Shown in pieces: positions 35,013 through 46,396 of a stretch of DNA of 64,000 nucleotides. Where the stretch lies: positions 1 to 64,000 of the forward strand of contig OZ316900.1 in the NCBI GenBank assembly GCA_973895155.1. The letters are read 5' to 3'. The notes beneath the pieces were generated by a model that was given only the letters and a program-made list of their open reading frames with translations, was not told the origin of the DNA and made no database searches. The position numbers and the translations under genes are program-made. This DNA is from Marsupella aquatica. Lineage: Eukaryota; Plantae; Marchantiophyta. Positions within the stretch are counted from its first letter, which is position 1; each line of letters starts with the position of its first letter.

Positions 35013-36992
35013 AAGTACTATTTTTTTTTTTGCTCGAATCCGACCTGCCGGAAGGCATTCTTATTTATCGATGGAAAAAGGATCCAATTTATGTAGGCTC
35101 TACTTCTAATCCGCGGAATAGATTCGGGCAACCTCAGGGGTCGGCCGGGGTTCATATAACCTACGGTTATAATATAGCGAGTTCCCATGGAGTTGCTTCT
35201 ATCCCTTGTAGTCTCTCGCTCAGCTTCCCTCACATTGGCTTCGTACTCAGGCACTAAGTATTATCTTTGCTCTATTCTATGAAAACAGTGTTCTCTCGGT
35301 CCGTGTAAGGTTTACCCGTCTGACGGTGCCCGGCCAGCAGTAAAATTTCGAATGGAATTACTTATCCACTTTTAACTAATGTGATAAATAGTTGAGGACT
35401 CCGGCTTGTAGAATCGAAAACCTAAAAGATATGTTTCCTGTTTGCCAGAGCCGTACCGATAACTTAAACTTTTTATTTTCAATAATGTCTGTTTTTCGAT
35501 TCCCACCTTGATTTAGTAAAGTCGGTTTAGTCGGTTTCGATCGCCTATACACCTTTTTTTGCCATTTTTTAGCCCATTGCTAAGGGAATCGCTTCGCGAT
35601 AAGATGATCTCGTTTTCATGTATAATCATATATTAAAGAATAAGAATTGAGTAATAAATTTACCTAATAATTAATTAATGTCCCGTACTCGAATTACGGT
35701 TTGATTTCGCGTCAGCGAATTACAGTTGGATCACGAAAGAGAGACTAATGCTTCGGGACCCGCGAAATATATGGCTCAGTATTAGCCATAGAGAAAGAAG
35801 GCTCTACGCTTTAGCAGATGTTGTCGAGCGCACGGCAAGGCGAAAGAAACAGAAAGGACTAAAGCAATATATCTATCTTTGTCTCCGCCCTTTCGCGCGC
35901 GCATTTGGTGAAAAAGGTAAACACGACGGATTTAAAATCCGTTCCTATTGGTTATTGGTTCAAGTCCAATAATGCGCATCTCTTACAAACTTCATAAGAA
36001 TGAGAGATTATCGTAAAAAACAAGATAAAGTCCTACGACCTATGGATGGAAAATCTAAATATTAATAAGGTTAAAGCGTCGGCGAGGAAAGACCACTGGG
36101 GAGCGAGTATACAGAAATTCCGTTTGGGATATTCACCTCGGTATTATGGTAAGCGCGGGGTTAACGGGGCTACGGAGTGAGTGGTTTACCCGAAACTAGA
36201 AGCAGACAACGGGATAGCTTCCGTTTTGGAGGGTTCAATGATTGATAACTGGCTCCAAGCTCATCTTTGCTTAAAAACCAACTATCCTTACAGTGTGACA
36301 GGAGGCCTCTTTGAAGAAAAGCTCAAGCATGAGGTAACGGGTGACAGGATTTTGAACCCGATATCGAACCAGACACACCATCAGGTAACCCGTTGATCTA
36401 TTATACGTAGAAGGTCGGTCCCCTCCGACATGGGCTGCTCCAAATTGCTTACATATTTTATGGCCTTGAAGACTTGTATTTCTGTTTCTGCGACCCCATC
36501 CGACTCGAAGATTCAGTTGTCTATCCGCCGGTTGGTTGTTCATCTCCAATGACTCGTCGGTTATCTCTCGTGTCAAGCGGTAATACCATACATAATTGGA
36601 CGAAATCACGTTAGTGGCCGTAAATTCGAACCGGTTTAATAAGCTAGATCTCTATCTTCGGAGCATTTTTTTTCTCCAATCATACGGATCATTCCGAGCC
36701 TCTCAAAACCACGCCAAAGGGTTCTCTGAGTTCGGTGGACATACCCACTGGACGGGGTCTCGGGCGAGAATGATCTGACTGCTGGTCAGGAAATTCAGTG
36801 CGTAGCGATCCAGGTTCCTGGGAAGACTGCAAAACTAGGGTCAGCGGTTCAGGATAATTTGTATAGGACTAAATTTGCCCGATCGCAAGCGGCTCTTGAT
36901 CAATGTGAATGTGTTCAAGGCGTATTCCGCCTACAACGCCCCTCCCGTTCGATGAAATACGCATTAAAATTAAGGGATATTTAATTGTTTTA

Positions 36993-37219
36993 GGTGTATC
37001 AAAATACATTATTTTCACAAAGCGTATATAATAAAAACAACTGATAACGATAGTCATTACTCCTATTAGGGCTAGTGAGTAGCCCCCCCCCGCCCGAAAA
37101 AGCGACGAGAAACAAATAGAATTTGCTACGAAATCCAGCTAACGGGGCTGCGTACGGAAACATAGTAATAGACGAGGTAATAGCTAAAGATTAATTGTGG
37201 CTAAAGCACCTAAATCTGC
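36993..37219 (-). pseudogene. nad2: Older, diverged nad2 exon-2 fragment
   Basis: Matches ~26024..26255 with indels (ggtgtatcaaaatacattattttcacaaagcgtatataataaaaacaactgataacg…ctaaagcacctaaatctgc); encodes VISCFYYIRFVKIMYFDTP. Confidence 0.9.
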
Positions 37220-37438
37220 ACTCCTGGTAGGTTTATGCAACGCACGGAAAAGTAAACCGCCCTACGGGACTCGTGCCGCGCAGAGTGGCTTTTTCGACCC
37301 CGCCCGGGTCCCTGGCCTTCTAATTCTCATCAGTGGTCTTTGAGAATTTTCATAATTTCATCAACGGTCGACGGGGAATGCAAAGGGGGGGCAGGTCAAC
37401 CGCTGCAGATTTTCGATCTATTCCTAATAAAAGCCAAG

Positions 37439-37518
37439 ACTCGCTTGGTGGAACGGCAAACACGGCAGACTCAAAATCTGTTTCTAATAGAATATCGGTT
37501 CGAATCCGATAGCGAGTA
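37439..37518 (+). tRNA. trnL: tRNA-Leu(CAA)
   Basis: ACTCGCTTGGTGGAACGGCAAACACGGCAGACTCAAAATCTG…GGTTCGAATCCGATAGCGAGTA. Confidence 0.93.
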
Positions 37519-37536
37519 TCTCATTTATAAATAGGG

Positions 37537-37608
37537 GCGGATATAACTTAGGGGTTAAAGTTGCAGATTGTGACTCTGAAAACACGGGTTCGAATCCCGT
37601 TATTCGCC
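37537..37608 (+). tRNA. trnH: tRNA-His(GUG)
   Basis: GCGGATATAACTTAGGGGTTAAAGTTGCAGATTGTGACTCTGAAAACACGGGTTCGAATCCCGTTATTCGCC. Confidence 0.93.
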
Positions 37609-38564
37609 GAAAGAATTAAATCTTTTGTCATAAAATATATATTTCATTTTGCCTGCGGCCCTCCTCCCCTAGCTTGAATATTTATGCAAGAAAAAGATAT
37701 ATTTCGCAAATATATTTCTTTTCGTAGGCCATACTCTAAAGTTTTTTGTGAAATTGCGGAGGATTCCTTGTCAAAGAAAGGCAGAGAGCTTAAAGGCTGC
37801 GATCGGGCCGCCGACTTTCGGCCTGAAAGGCTTTAGCCCTTTGTTTTGTCGGACAGTATTTCAATATTGTGGTGTCCGACAAAATAAAGTCCCCTTGGGG
37901 CCCTGCCCATGGAGTGCTAGAAAGATGCAGAGCAAAAAAAATCTTTTTTTTTGTTCGCGTAGCGCCGGGCTACCATAAAGACTAGATTAATGATACAAGG
38001 CGCTGAGAAACCCGGTGGCTCCAATTATGCTGTAGTGAATCCATTTATATAAATTTTAGCAATTCAACTGCCGTCCGGAGCGGTTCATGGTAAGACACGG
38101 ATAGTACCTTGTACAACTATGTACGGTCTCAGCCACTGGAAAATTTGCCCATTGCTATCCCAGGCTAGGACTTGAGCCCTGCCTAACTCAGCGCTACCTA
38201 TGCGGAAGGTTTTAGGTGCTGTGTCGTCCGGCTCCTGCATTAAACGTTCACCAGCCAATTCGGGGAGGGATACTTCTTTGGCTCCGGGGGTTCTCGGGCC
38301 GGCTCTACCTACGATTTACTTCGCCGAAATTGCTGAGAAAGAAGAGATTTCACAGGTGTTTTATGTACCCAGAAAGCTTTTTGTCATGAACTAAGCCACC
38401 AAACTGCGCCGCCAATCAAGCCTACGGGCTCGATTGTCAAAGTAAGGCCCCGTCACTTGGTTATTCCCCGTGCACCAAGTAGCCGCCGATCCTCACCTCT
38501 CTTTCATATAACGAATAGAGCGTCAAATGGGTGTGACGTTAAACATTGTTGCGCTCAAAACTCA

Positions 38565-39116
38565 TCAACCATGTTTGTTAATGGATAACTTCTGTCCGTT
38601 GGCTTGTTCAACCAAAAACAAAAAACACGCGCCGGGTAAAAACATAAGACCAAGAAGTTGTTGAAATACCGATGTTGTTTCCAAAGTAGTCGCTTTTTTC
38701 ATATCCATATGATTGAGAACAGTGGCTCCTACGTCTTGTCCATATAATAAAACTAAATTTTGGCTGTAGGAGGCGGCTGTAGGTAGCAGCAATTGTGACC
38801 ATGTATTGTTTGGTGCTTTCTTAGTCAAGTACAAGATACAAGTAGGACCCGCGCTAGAAGCAAGCTGTGCGATCCAATGGCCGCCGCCCCGATTGTTTGG
38901 CAGACTATTTTTATTTTTTTCTATCTCTTTCGGTTTAAATAAAGTTTTACCTTTAATGGTACACAATATATTCTTGATTTGTCGCCATTGTCGGCTTGTC
39001 AAGCCACTACAATGAAATAAAAGAATATATGGATATTGTTTTTCGATATCTTCGGCCCGCCGAAGGGCACTCGACCTTAGGGAGAGGGCTTTTTTTCGTA
39101 GAAATTTTCGTTGCAT
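38565..39116 (-). CDS. rpl10: Ribosomal protein L10 (183 aa)
   Basis: YPYILLFHCSGLTSRQWRQIKNIL…SSAGPTCILYL is the plant mitochondrial Rpl10 pattern. Start taken at MQRKF. Confidence 0.85.
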   Translation of the reverse strand: MQRKFLRKKALSLRSSALRRAEDIEKQYPYILLFHCSGLTSRQWRQIKNILCTIKGKTLFKPKEIEKNKNSLPNNRGGGHWIAQLASSAGPTCILYLTKKAPNNTWSQLLLPTAASYSQNLVLLYGQDVGATVLNHMDMKKATTLETTSVFQQLLGLMFLPGACFLFLVEQANGQKLSINKHG

Positions 39117-39569
39117 AAGGCCATTTTCATTTTTTTTTTTCGAAACGACTATTACAACGCGCACAACAGGTATGGCCTTTGTTTGGGTCACTGATGAACT
39201 AAGTGGACAGGAGGTGCTTACCTTATGAATGTGATACTGGATGGGCAGAGGTACGAGCCTGAATCAAAAGTATAGGTCAGTTTTTTATCAAAGATAAAAA
39301 CGTTCCAATCATCCTTATTCGTAATCAATAGCCTAAATATGAAAATGAGGTGTCGACAGCCGATAACAATTTGATCAACGATCCACGATGGTTGACGACG
39401 GGGAAGAAAAAACATTTGTTTGAATATCGTGTGCTTGAGTTGCGAAGGAATGAAACTGCACAGAGGGGAAGAGCGATCAAGCAGCATGGCTGCTTGATTG
39501 GCGAAGAAATAATCTACGTGGATGGAGTCATAACGCGAAGCGCGCTCGATTCGGAAATCATATTATAAG

Positions 39570-40440
39570 CTGCGGGGACTATTATGTCCGCGAAGGGGGT
39601 ACGAGCCTCCTGGTTTAGCACTGACTGGGGCGACCGGTCCTGCCCGCGCGCTAAAAGTACAAGTTCACGATGTACTAAGGCATTTCACTTATCCCGGTTC
39701 GTTCGGCAACGGAGACCTTAGCATGTGAAAAAAGCTCCGGGATTTCGCTCATCCCGAAAAGGATGACCGAATAGAGTAGTCGAGCCGGCTCCTGTGTTTA
39801 AAGATGAGGATCCGTACTGGCGAATCGGAGTTACGGCGCTACACCGAATGGCTGACCTTGGGCCGTTGTCCTCCGTTTCGCGTCGCGCGCGAACGTACGC
39901 TGTTCACTATACTCCTTTCGAGGATGATGCGCGACGAGGTGGCCCCCTAACCTTATCATGGAAGAGATAGACCTAATGTAGTAGTGGATTATATCACTAG
40001 GAAAAAGGGGGGGGGGCGACTGAACGACATCTTTCTTATTTTTACGGAGGGGGGCGTCCACTAGATTAGACAAGCCGCACGGGAAAGGACGGTGAGACCC
40101 TATAAATAAAGCCAAAGAGGGACACGTAGTGCCTATGGATGCATTTACCGTCGGAAGTGGGGGACTCCACTGAGAAAAGGACCTAGCAATAGAAAAGCGC
40201 GTGATAAGTGGGTAAGGAGCCTATGTACTTACTAATCGGTCCCCGTTCGGCAAGTTTCACTTTGACGACGCGGTCTATCGGGCAATCTTCCAAGGTGTGC
40301 CTTTCCGGGTTCGGCGAAGGAGCTACGAAGAAAGGCAGGTTAGGGAGCTGTGTGATGGGCGGCCACTATCCCGTACGGTTCGTGGAGCAGTAGCCCGGCT
40401 CATCGGTGAGCGAAGTAAACCCACGGCCGGGCTCTCTCTC
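39570..40440 (+). mobile_element. Orphan group II intron copy, paralogous to the intron in the cob pseudogene
   Basis: Domain V GAGCTGTGTGATGGGCGGCCACTATCCCGTACGGTTC near 40345..40380. 40170..40310 aligns with the reverse complement of 12250..12420 (cctagcaata.aaaagcgc.tgataa…agcctatgtacttactaa…). The 5' boundary is approximate. Confidence 0.75.
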
Positions 40441-41144
40441 GGGTCATTCATCTCTGATAGAATCATTCAGTTTTGAAATAGCGGCGTGGAGAGATAACCA
40501 GACTGCCCGCCGGGGGCAGCTTATTTCTCATATCGATCAAAACAGATATCGAAGTCATGATGGACTTCTGCGAGCGTCTTTTCTTCTTCTACCTCCCAAA
40601 AATTTTGCAAAGCACCATCGATCGAGTGTTAGCTCCGAAGAATTATAACTCAACATTATACGCAGCATCTGTGCTTAATAAGGCCGCGAGCCCACCACTG
40701 TAGAGAAAATTGCGTAGAAAGCTTCTCAAGCGAACTAACTTTGCCTGTTTTCTAGACTGAAGTACGGAGTGCGGACAAATCCCAGGGGAAAAATCATCTA
40801 AGTAGTAAGCAACTACTGGCTGGGGCCTCAAACAAAAAATGAACCATGAGACGGGTAAAGCATAAGCCTACGAAAGATGTAGCTCTTCAATTAGCTGCTT
40901 TTAGTATATACATATGATTGATTATAGATGATAGTTATTTTCCATGCAATAAAATAAATTAGTAACTGAAAACCTTTTTTGATAGGTTCCGGAACAACTT
41001 TTTTGTCTGTCTGACGGGTATGTTTGGACTTTCTCCGAAATAAGAAAATGCAGAGCGCGAAGTGATCAACCGTTCCCTAATGTGCCAATGACGCCACGTG
41101 GAGTGATTTCATTCTCGTGTAAGGTTGATTTATGGGCTTTTTTT

Positions 41145-41216
41145 TGGAGTATAGCCAAGTGGTAAGGCATCGGCCTTTGATGCCGGGAAACAAAGGTTCG
41201 AATCCTTTTACTCCAG
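41145..41216 (+). tRNA. trnQ: tRNA-Gln(UUG)
   Basis: TGGAGTATAGCCAAGTGGTAAGGCATCGGCCTTTGATGCCGG…GGTTCGAATCCTTTTACTCCAG. Confidence 0.95.
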
Positions 41217-41872
41217 GCCGCCCCCCCCGTTTGGCGAAAGCAGAAAGAAATATTTTTGCTTGGTCGAAGGCCCATGGGGCATAAGGCCAGGCTGGCGCTC
41301 GTACCAATAAAATTTGTTTTATTTCGCCTTTTCGCTATCACTTCAGAAAAGAGCTTGCGTCCTTTCTTAGCGTCTCTCATCTCATACGAGGTGGTCTCCT
41401 CGGAATGCTTATAATCTGGTGTAGAACCCACCGGCCGCCATCCGGTTTATGTCGGGGGAGTAATAAATCTATGTAATGCTGCTCTCTTTATATAAGATTG
41501 GACACCTCATCGATATCAAAATTCTATAGCGGAATTTAGTGCACAGAATTATAAAAAAACGGATATGATTCCGCACCGGCGACCTATGTCCCTATGTCCT
41601 AAAGATATAATATACGATAAAGCATCTTCGTTTGCGCGACCCACATAAATAGAAATATGCGCTGTATCTATAATTTTATTCCGAGCAGCAGGCTCCTTCT
41701 ACGCATGTGGTAAATATATATACCGGGGTCCTAGGTAAAACAAAATCTATAATAAAATCATTCTCGCAATACCAGGTTATTCGTAGATTCCTTTACTCAG
41801 ATACATTTTTTTGGTTTCCTCAACATAGCTAAATCCAAAGTATTAAGAAACAGAAATAACCACAATAAATTT

Positions 41873-43369
41873 TTAATTCCAATCCAATCTGTAGAAGGTG
41901 AGCTTACGGAAAAGACTGAGCGAGCCTCCCAACGAAGCCATAATGAAACCTATCCAAATACGGAAAATAAAAGGGAGCTTAATTACTGTCGTATACCAGC
42001 CTGTTTCAAAACTTCCAGTTCCGATCAAAGCATATAGATCCGTAAAGAGATTGGTATGTATAGCCACTTTGGTAGTGCTCGTTTCTTGATTCGAAAAATA
42101 GAATCTTTTTTCTGGGAACATAGTCAACCAATGTGAAAAACTGTTATGTTCGAGAACTGTAAAGCCCTTCTTTCGTAAAGAAGTGTGCGTAAATCTACCA
42201 GCCATTTCTGGCCTTCGTCCCTTCGGCGAACCACAGAAGTTTCCTCCTTCCGTTGGTGGAGAGCTAAAGCCTCTACCGTCGGTCGAGAGCTTTGCACCTT
42301 CGGTAGGCCGGGATTGCAACAGGGCAGGACGTGATTCGTCATGCTCAAACATTAATGGGTTTGTCAGGGACATTAATGGGTTTGTCAGGGACGGTTTATA
42401 AATGATTGAATTACCACAAATGGAGTGAAAAGTGGGCCCATGTAATTGATCAATACCTCGCAAAGTGCTACGAACCTTCCCTATATGTAGTTCGGAACCC
42501 AAAGGTGTTTTCCCTGTAGATTGTATCTTTTTCGCGTTGGGCAGAATTACACCCATGATGAAGATGCAAACTCCTCCATGTGAAAGCTTCATATTAACGG
42601 GAGCTTTTCGAAAGTAATAACCAACAGTCATCGGTCTACTCGGTAAGGCGCGAACAAGAAAACATCTACTCCAATTCAAGTTATTTATTCTCAGTGACGA
42701 TATAATAAGCTCGCGTCTTTTCTGCCTGTGAAAAACAAAGAAAGGAAATTTGTGCCTCGCTAACCTATCGCGCCTATTATGAGACGATAAAAAGAACGTA
42801 CGGAAGAGGAAGAAACAAAGCACACCGCAAAAAGATTCCAAATATGAAAAGTCCCCCATGAATTTGATAATAGTAAAATGAAAGAACAACAACAAGGCCC
42901 GACGCAGGGCCCGTACACTGTCAGCCAGGGTCCCGGACTTTGTTTTGTCGGACACCACAAAACCAAAATACTGTCCGACAAGGGCCGCCGGGGACTGTAT
43001 GACAAGAAGGGGAGGAAAAAATGGACGAAAAAAGGAAAGAATTGACAAGGCTTTTTCATCCGGAGAAGAGGAAATATATTGGATTTTCTCAGGTGAGCTT
43101 CTCTCAATTATGTTGGGTAACAGAAGGGGTCTTGCTCTTATCGAAACTATCCTTTTTGCTTCGTCCAGAGAGCGCATGAACCCCCTGGAATGTATGATAA
43201 CTGAAACAGGTAATAAAGATGTAGAAATAGGTATTATAGTACCATTAGAAAAAGGAGCACCTGTGGAAACATCTCTACTTACCAACCATTGAAATAGTAT
43301 GGGTGCTGCTGTGCCACAAAGCACAACCAAAAAAATAGGAAAAAAGAAAAAATTCTGTAGTTGGACCAT
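41873..43369 (-). CDS. ccmFC: Cytochrome c maturation CcmFC (498 aa, intronless, with in-frame insertions)
   Basis: MVQLQNFFFF…LCGTAAPILFQWLVSRDVSTGAPFSNGTIIP…LSHGGVCIF…HTNLFTDLYALIGTG…WIGFIMASLGG. Confidence 0.93.
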   Translation of the reverse strand: MVQLQNFFFFPIFLVVLCGTAAPILFQWLVSRDVSTGAPFSNGTIIPISTSLLPVSVIIHSRGFMRSLDEAKRIVSIRARPLLLPNIIERSSPEKIQYISSSPDEKALSILSFFRPFFPPLLVIQSPAALVGQYFGFVVSDKTKSGTLADSVRALRRALLLFFHFTIIKFMGDFSYLESFCGVLCFFLFRTFFLSSHNRRDRLARHKFPFFVFHRQKRRELIISSLRINNLNWSRCFLVRALPSRPMTVGYYFRKAPVNMKLSHGGVCIFIMGVILPNAKKIQSTGKTPLGSELHIGKVRSTLRGIDQLHGPTFHSICGNSIIYKPSLTNPLMSLTNPLMFEHDESRPALLQSRPTEGAKLSTDGRGFSSPPTEGGNFCGSPKGRRPEMAGRFTHTSLRKKGFTVLEHNSFSHWLTMFPEKRFYFSNQETSTTKVAIHTNLFTDLYALIGTGSFETGWYTTVIKLPFIFRIWIGFIMASLGGSLSLFRKLTFYRLDWN

Positions 43370-43556
43370 CTGCTCTATTCGTTTTGATTATTTCGCTCCC
43401 TCGGATCAGAGAATACGGTCTATTCCCTCGCGTTCGCTCCCATGGAGAATGCGTACAGAAAAAAATATTTTTTAGGTCCGGAAGTAGGCTCCTTCTGGCC
43501 CGATACAACGCAAAGTGCTGAATCGGGCTGAAGTCACTTATAATAGGTAGCTTTTT

Positions 43557-44984
43557 CTATTTAGGCTTTCTACTTGCTACGTATACAATGACTTCGTCGT
43601 GACCTTCTGTGCCCTCCACCATGAGCTTTGCTAAACGATCGGATCGATACGAGTGCGCAGTGCTTCGTGAATGCCACAAGATCTGGTTCACGGGTTTTGG
43701 GACCGTAGGATCTCGGTTTGATGATGGAACAGATAATGCCCCAACTAGCTGGGTACCTGATTGCTGCTTCATTCTGAAAAGAGAAGTAAAAGATATGCTG
43801 GTAATTATAGAGAAAAAACACCATAAAAAGATTCCTCGTGTCGAATCTGTAGCAAAACTATGAACGGAAGCTAGCAATCCGGAACGCACAAAAAAAGTTC
43901 CTGAAATACGACATAAAAAAGTAACCATATTGAGAAACAAAGTCCAATCATTCAATTTAGGTAAAATGACTGAATGAATACAAGCCGTAGCTAATACCCA
44001 AGGCATGAAAGAAGCATTTTCTACGGGATCCCAGAACCACCAGCCGCCCCAGCCTAATTCATGATAAGCCCACCAACTTCCTAGCAATATGCCTACCGTT
44101 AAAAAGCACCAACATGTCAAGATCCAAATTTGAATTTGTTTCCACACTACCGTATTCGCGCTACGGGTCCCACCAAAATGAAGATACATAGTATTTGTTT
44201 TACGAACAACACTTTCAGCCCGCTCTCTATGGGCCAATGACCCAAAAGGCACACATAGAGCGGTTCTCGTGTGTGGAAATCCACGAGCCATTTCCGGCCT
44301 TCGGACCTTACTTGGCTTTACCGGAAAAGGACCAAAAAAGAAAAATATATTATTCAAACGCGGCCCGTTTATTATTCCAGATAAACATAAGCAAAAGCCA
44401 ATAGCACTTGCGACGTATCCCGCATAAATGCGAGGAGGATGTATAGCTAATATGGGATCTTGTAAAACAGGATTTAATTCCCCAAGTGATTTAGTACAAA
44501 CAAATGAAATTCGAACGAAAGGATTGGAACTTGCTAATAGAAAAATAGGAAAAAATAAAGCAATGCCTTTATAAATTTGCTGTTCATCCATGAGCGAAAT
44601 TGCCCGCTGGTCGAGACCTTCGGACGAAAACAAAAAATAAATATTTTTTTTCTTTCCGCCCTTTGCTTGTTCCGATACATTGCTGGGTCGGGCCGGGTAG
44701 CAAAAAAGGAATCCGTAAAAACTTGGGGTCCAACACCATAATAACAGACTACCCTCATGATTAGACCAGCTTCCTGATATTCTATAAAACAAAGGCGCAT
44801 TAGCATTTGGGTTGGTGAATACGTTGTAATTGGAAAAGTCGGAAGGAATATAACAGAACAAAATACCAAAGAAAGACATAGTGAACAAAAAAAAATAGAG
44901 TGGAACAGCCACGGGACGCAGCTTGTTAGTTAACGCAACGGAAATACTCAGTACTAAAAAATAATGGCCCAATTCCGGTGACAT
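43557..44984 (-). CDS. ccmFN: Cytochrome c maturation CcmFN (475 aa)
   Basis: [13 protein letters not shown]…[12 protein letters not shown]…[28 protein letters not shown] (WWD motif)…SVHSFA. Confidence 0.95.
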   Translation of the reverse strand: MSPELGHYFLVLSISVALTNKLRPVAVPLYFFLFTMSFFGILFCYIPSDFSNYNVFTNPNANAPLFYRISGSWSNHEGSLLLWCWTPSFYGFLFCYPARPSNVSEQAKGGKKKNIYFLFSSEGLDQRAISLMDEQQIYKGIALFFPIFLLASSNPFVRISFVCTKSLGELNPVLQDPILAIHPPRIYAGYVASAIGFCLCLSGIINGPRLNNIFFFFGPFPVKPSKVRRPEMARGFPHTRTALCVPFGSLAHRERAESVVRKTNTMYLHFGGTRSANTVVWKQIQIWILTCWCFLTVGILLGSWWAYHELGWGGWWFWDPVENASFMPWVLATACIHSVILPKLNDWTLFLNMVTFLCRISGTFFVRSGLLASVHSFATDSTRGIFLWCFFSIITSISFTSLFRMKQQSGTQLVGALSVPSSNRDPTVPKPVNQILWHSRSTAHSYRSDRLAKLMVEGTEGHDEVIVYVASRKPK

Positions 44985-45709
44985 AACATTATAAACTTTG
45001 CTTATAATTGGCAACAAAAAAAGATTTTTTTGCCGTACAACCCTGGGTTCGTTACGGCATTTGGCATGCCGATTATGAGTCCTACCAACCTCAATAACGG
45101 AGGATTACACACGTCGCAAGCTAGCCGAAAAACTCTCACGGAATAGCTTCTATGAACCCTATGGAGGGGATAGGGAGCCCAGCATAGAGCCATACGCGCC
45201 TTGCCTTTTTTTTCTGCGAATCAGCAAGCAGAATTGGCGAGCAGCTCTATCAGTTGCTTTTTCACGGATCATGGAAACTTTGTGTTCTTCATGATTGACG
45301 TCATACATCATGGGCAGTATTTACCCATCAATACGAGATCTTGGGTATAAAAAAAATATATATATTTTTTTCATACCTAAGGGCTAAGCCAGCATTGACG
45401 GGGTCCATATAACGAATAAAAAGAATTATTTGACGAGGTTTTTGAATGAAAGAAACTTACCCTTGAGCTGCTACGGCCTGCTGGTTCTTAACCCTCGAAC
45501 CAATAGCCCCCTCTAAATGTTTCAACCAAATTGTTGGCTCACCGCACTACGTGCCTTGCGCGCGTTTTCCTTCCCATAGGCTTTTGGCTCCCGATGACAA
45601 AAGGCCCGCCGCAGGGCGGGGCGCTGTCAGACGGGACCAGGTACTGTCCGACGTAGAGAGAGAAGAAGAAACTGACGAAATAAAAATTATTGACAAGGCT
45701 CCAGGAAAG

Positions 45710-46396
45710 TCATTGGCTTTTTCGCCGTAAATAAAAAGATAGAATTATTTGACGTGTCTCCAAAATAAACAAAATCCCAGTTAAAAAGAAAGAGCTAGCA
45801 AAGATTAAAAAGATTGGAATGGGCATAGAAATATGTATTGAAGTACCAAATTGGCTAATGCTTGAAGGTTGATGCAATGTATTCCACCGGTTGACAGGAA
45901 ACTTAATTATTGGTATATTGATTGGCCCTATACATATAAAAATAGAAGCAACATCCGCAGAAAACTCTTGAAAACGCAGTGCACCCAGGTAAATAAAAAA
46001 CAGGATTAATACAGAGGTTAAACGAGCATCCCATACCCAAAAGGTCCCCCACATAGGTTTTCCCCAGAACCCCCCGGTGACTGGGGTGAACAACGTAAAC
46101 GAAGCACCTATTTTGGCACCGGTTTTGGAAAATAACTGAAAAAGGGGATGTTTTGTTAATAAGAATAACACACTGCTAATAGCCATTGCAATATAAATAA
46201 GTAAACTCATCCAAGCTGCAGGAACATGCACATAAATAATGCGATAATTTTCACCCTGTTGAAAATCGGATGGTGCTACCCAAATACTTAAATAAATAGC
46301 TATCGCTGTTAGAAACCAGCAAAATCCAATGAGAATTTGCGCGTAACGGAAAGAGCAGCACATGAAAAGAAAAGGACGTAATAACGGGACATACAT
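45710..46396 (-). CDS. ccmC: Cytochrome c maturation CcmC (228 aa)
   Basis: IIYVHVPAAW…GGFWGKPMWGTFWVWDARLTS…WNTLHQPSSI. Confidence 0.96.
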   Translation of the reverse strand: MYVPLLRPFLFMCCSFRYAQILIGFCWFLTAIAIYLSIWVAPSDFQQGENYRIIYVHVPAAWMSLLIYIAMAISSVLFLLTKHPLFQLFSKTGAKIGASFTLFTPVTGGFWGKPMWGTFWVWDARLTSVLILFFIYLGALRFQEFSADVASIFICIGPINIPIIKFPVNRWNTLHQPSSISQFGTSIHISMPIPIFLIFASSFFLTGILFILETRQIILSFYLRRKSQ

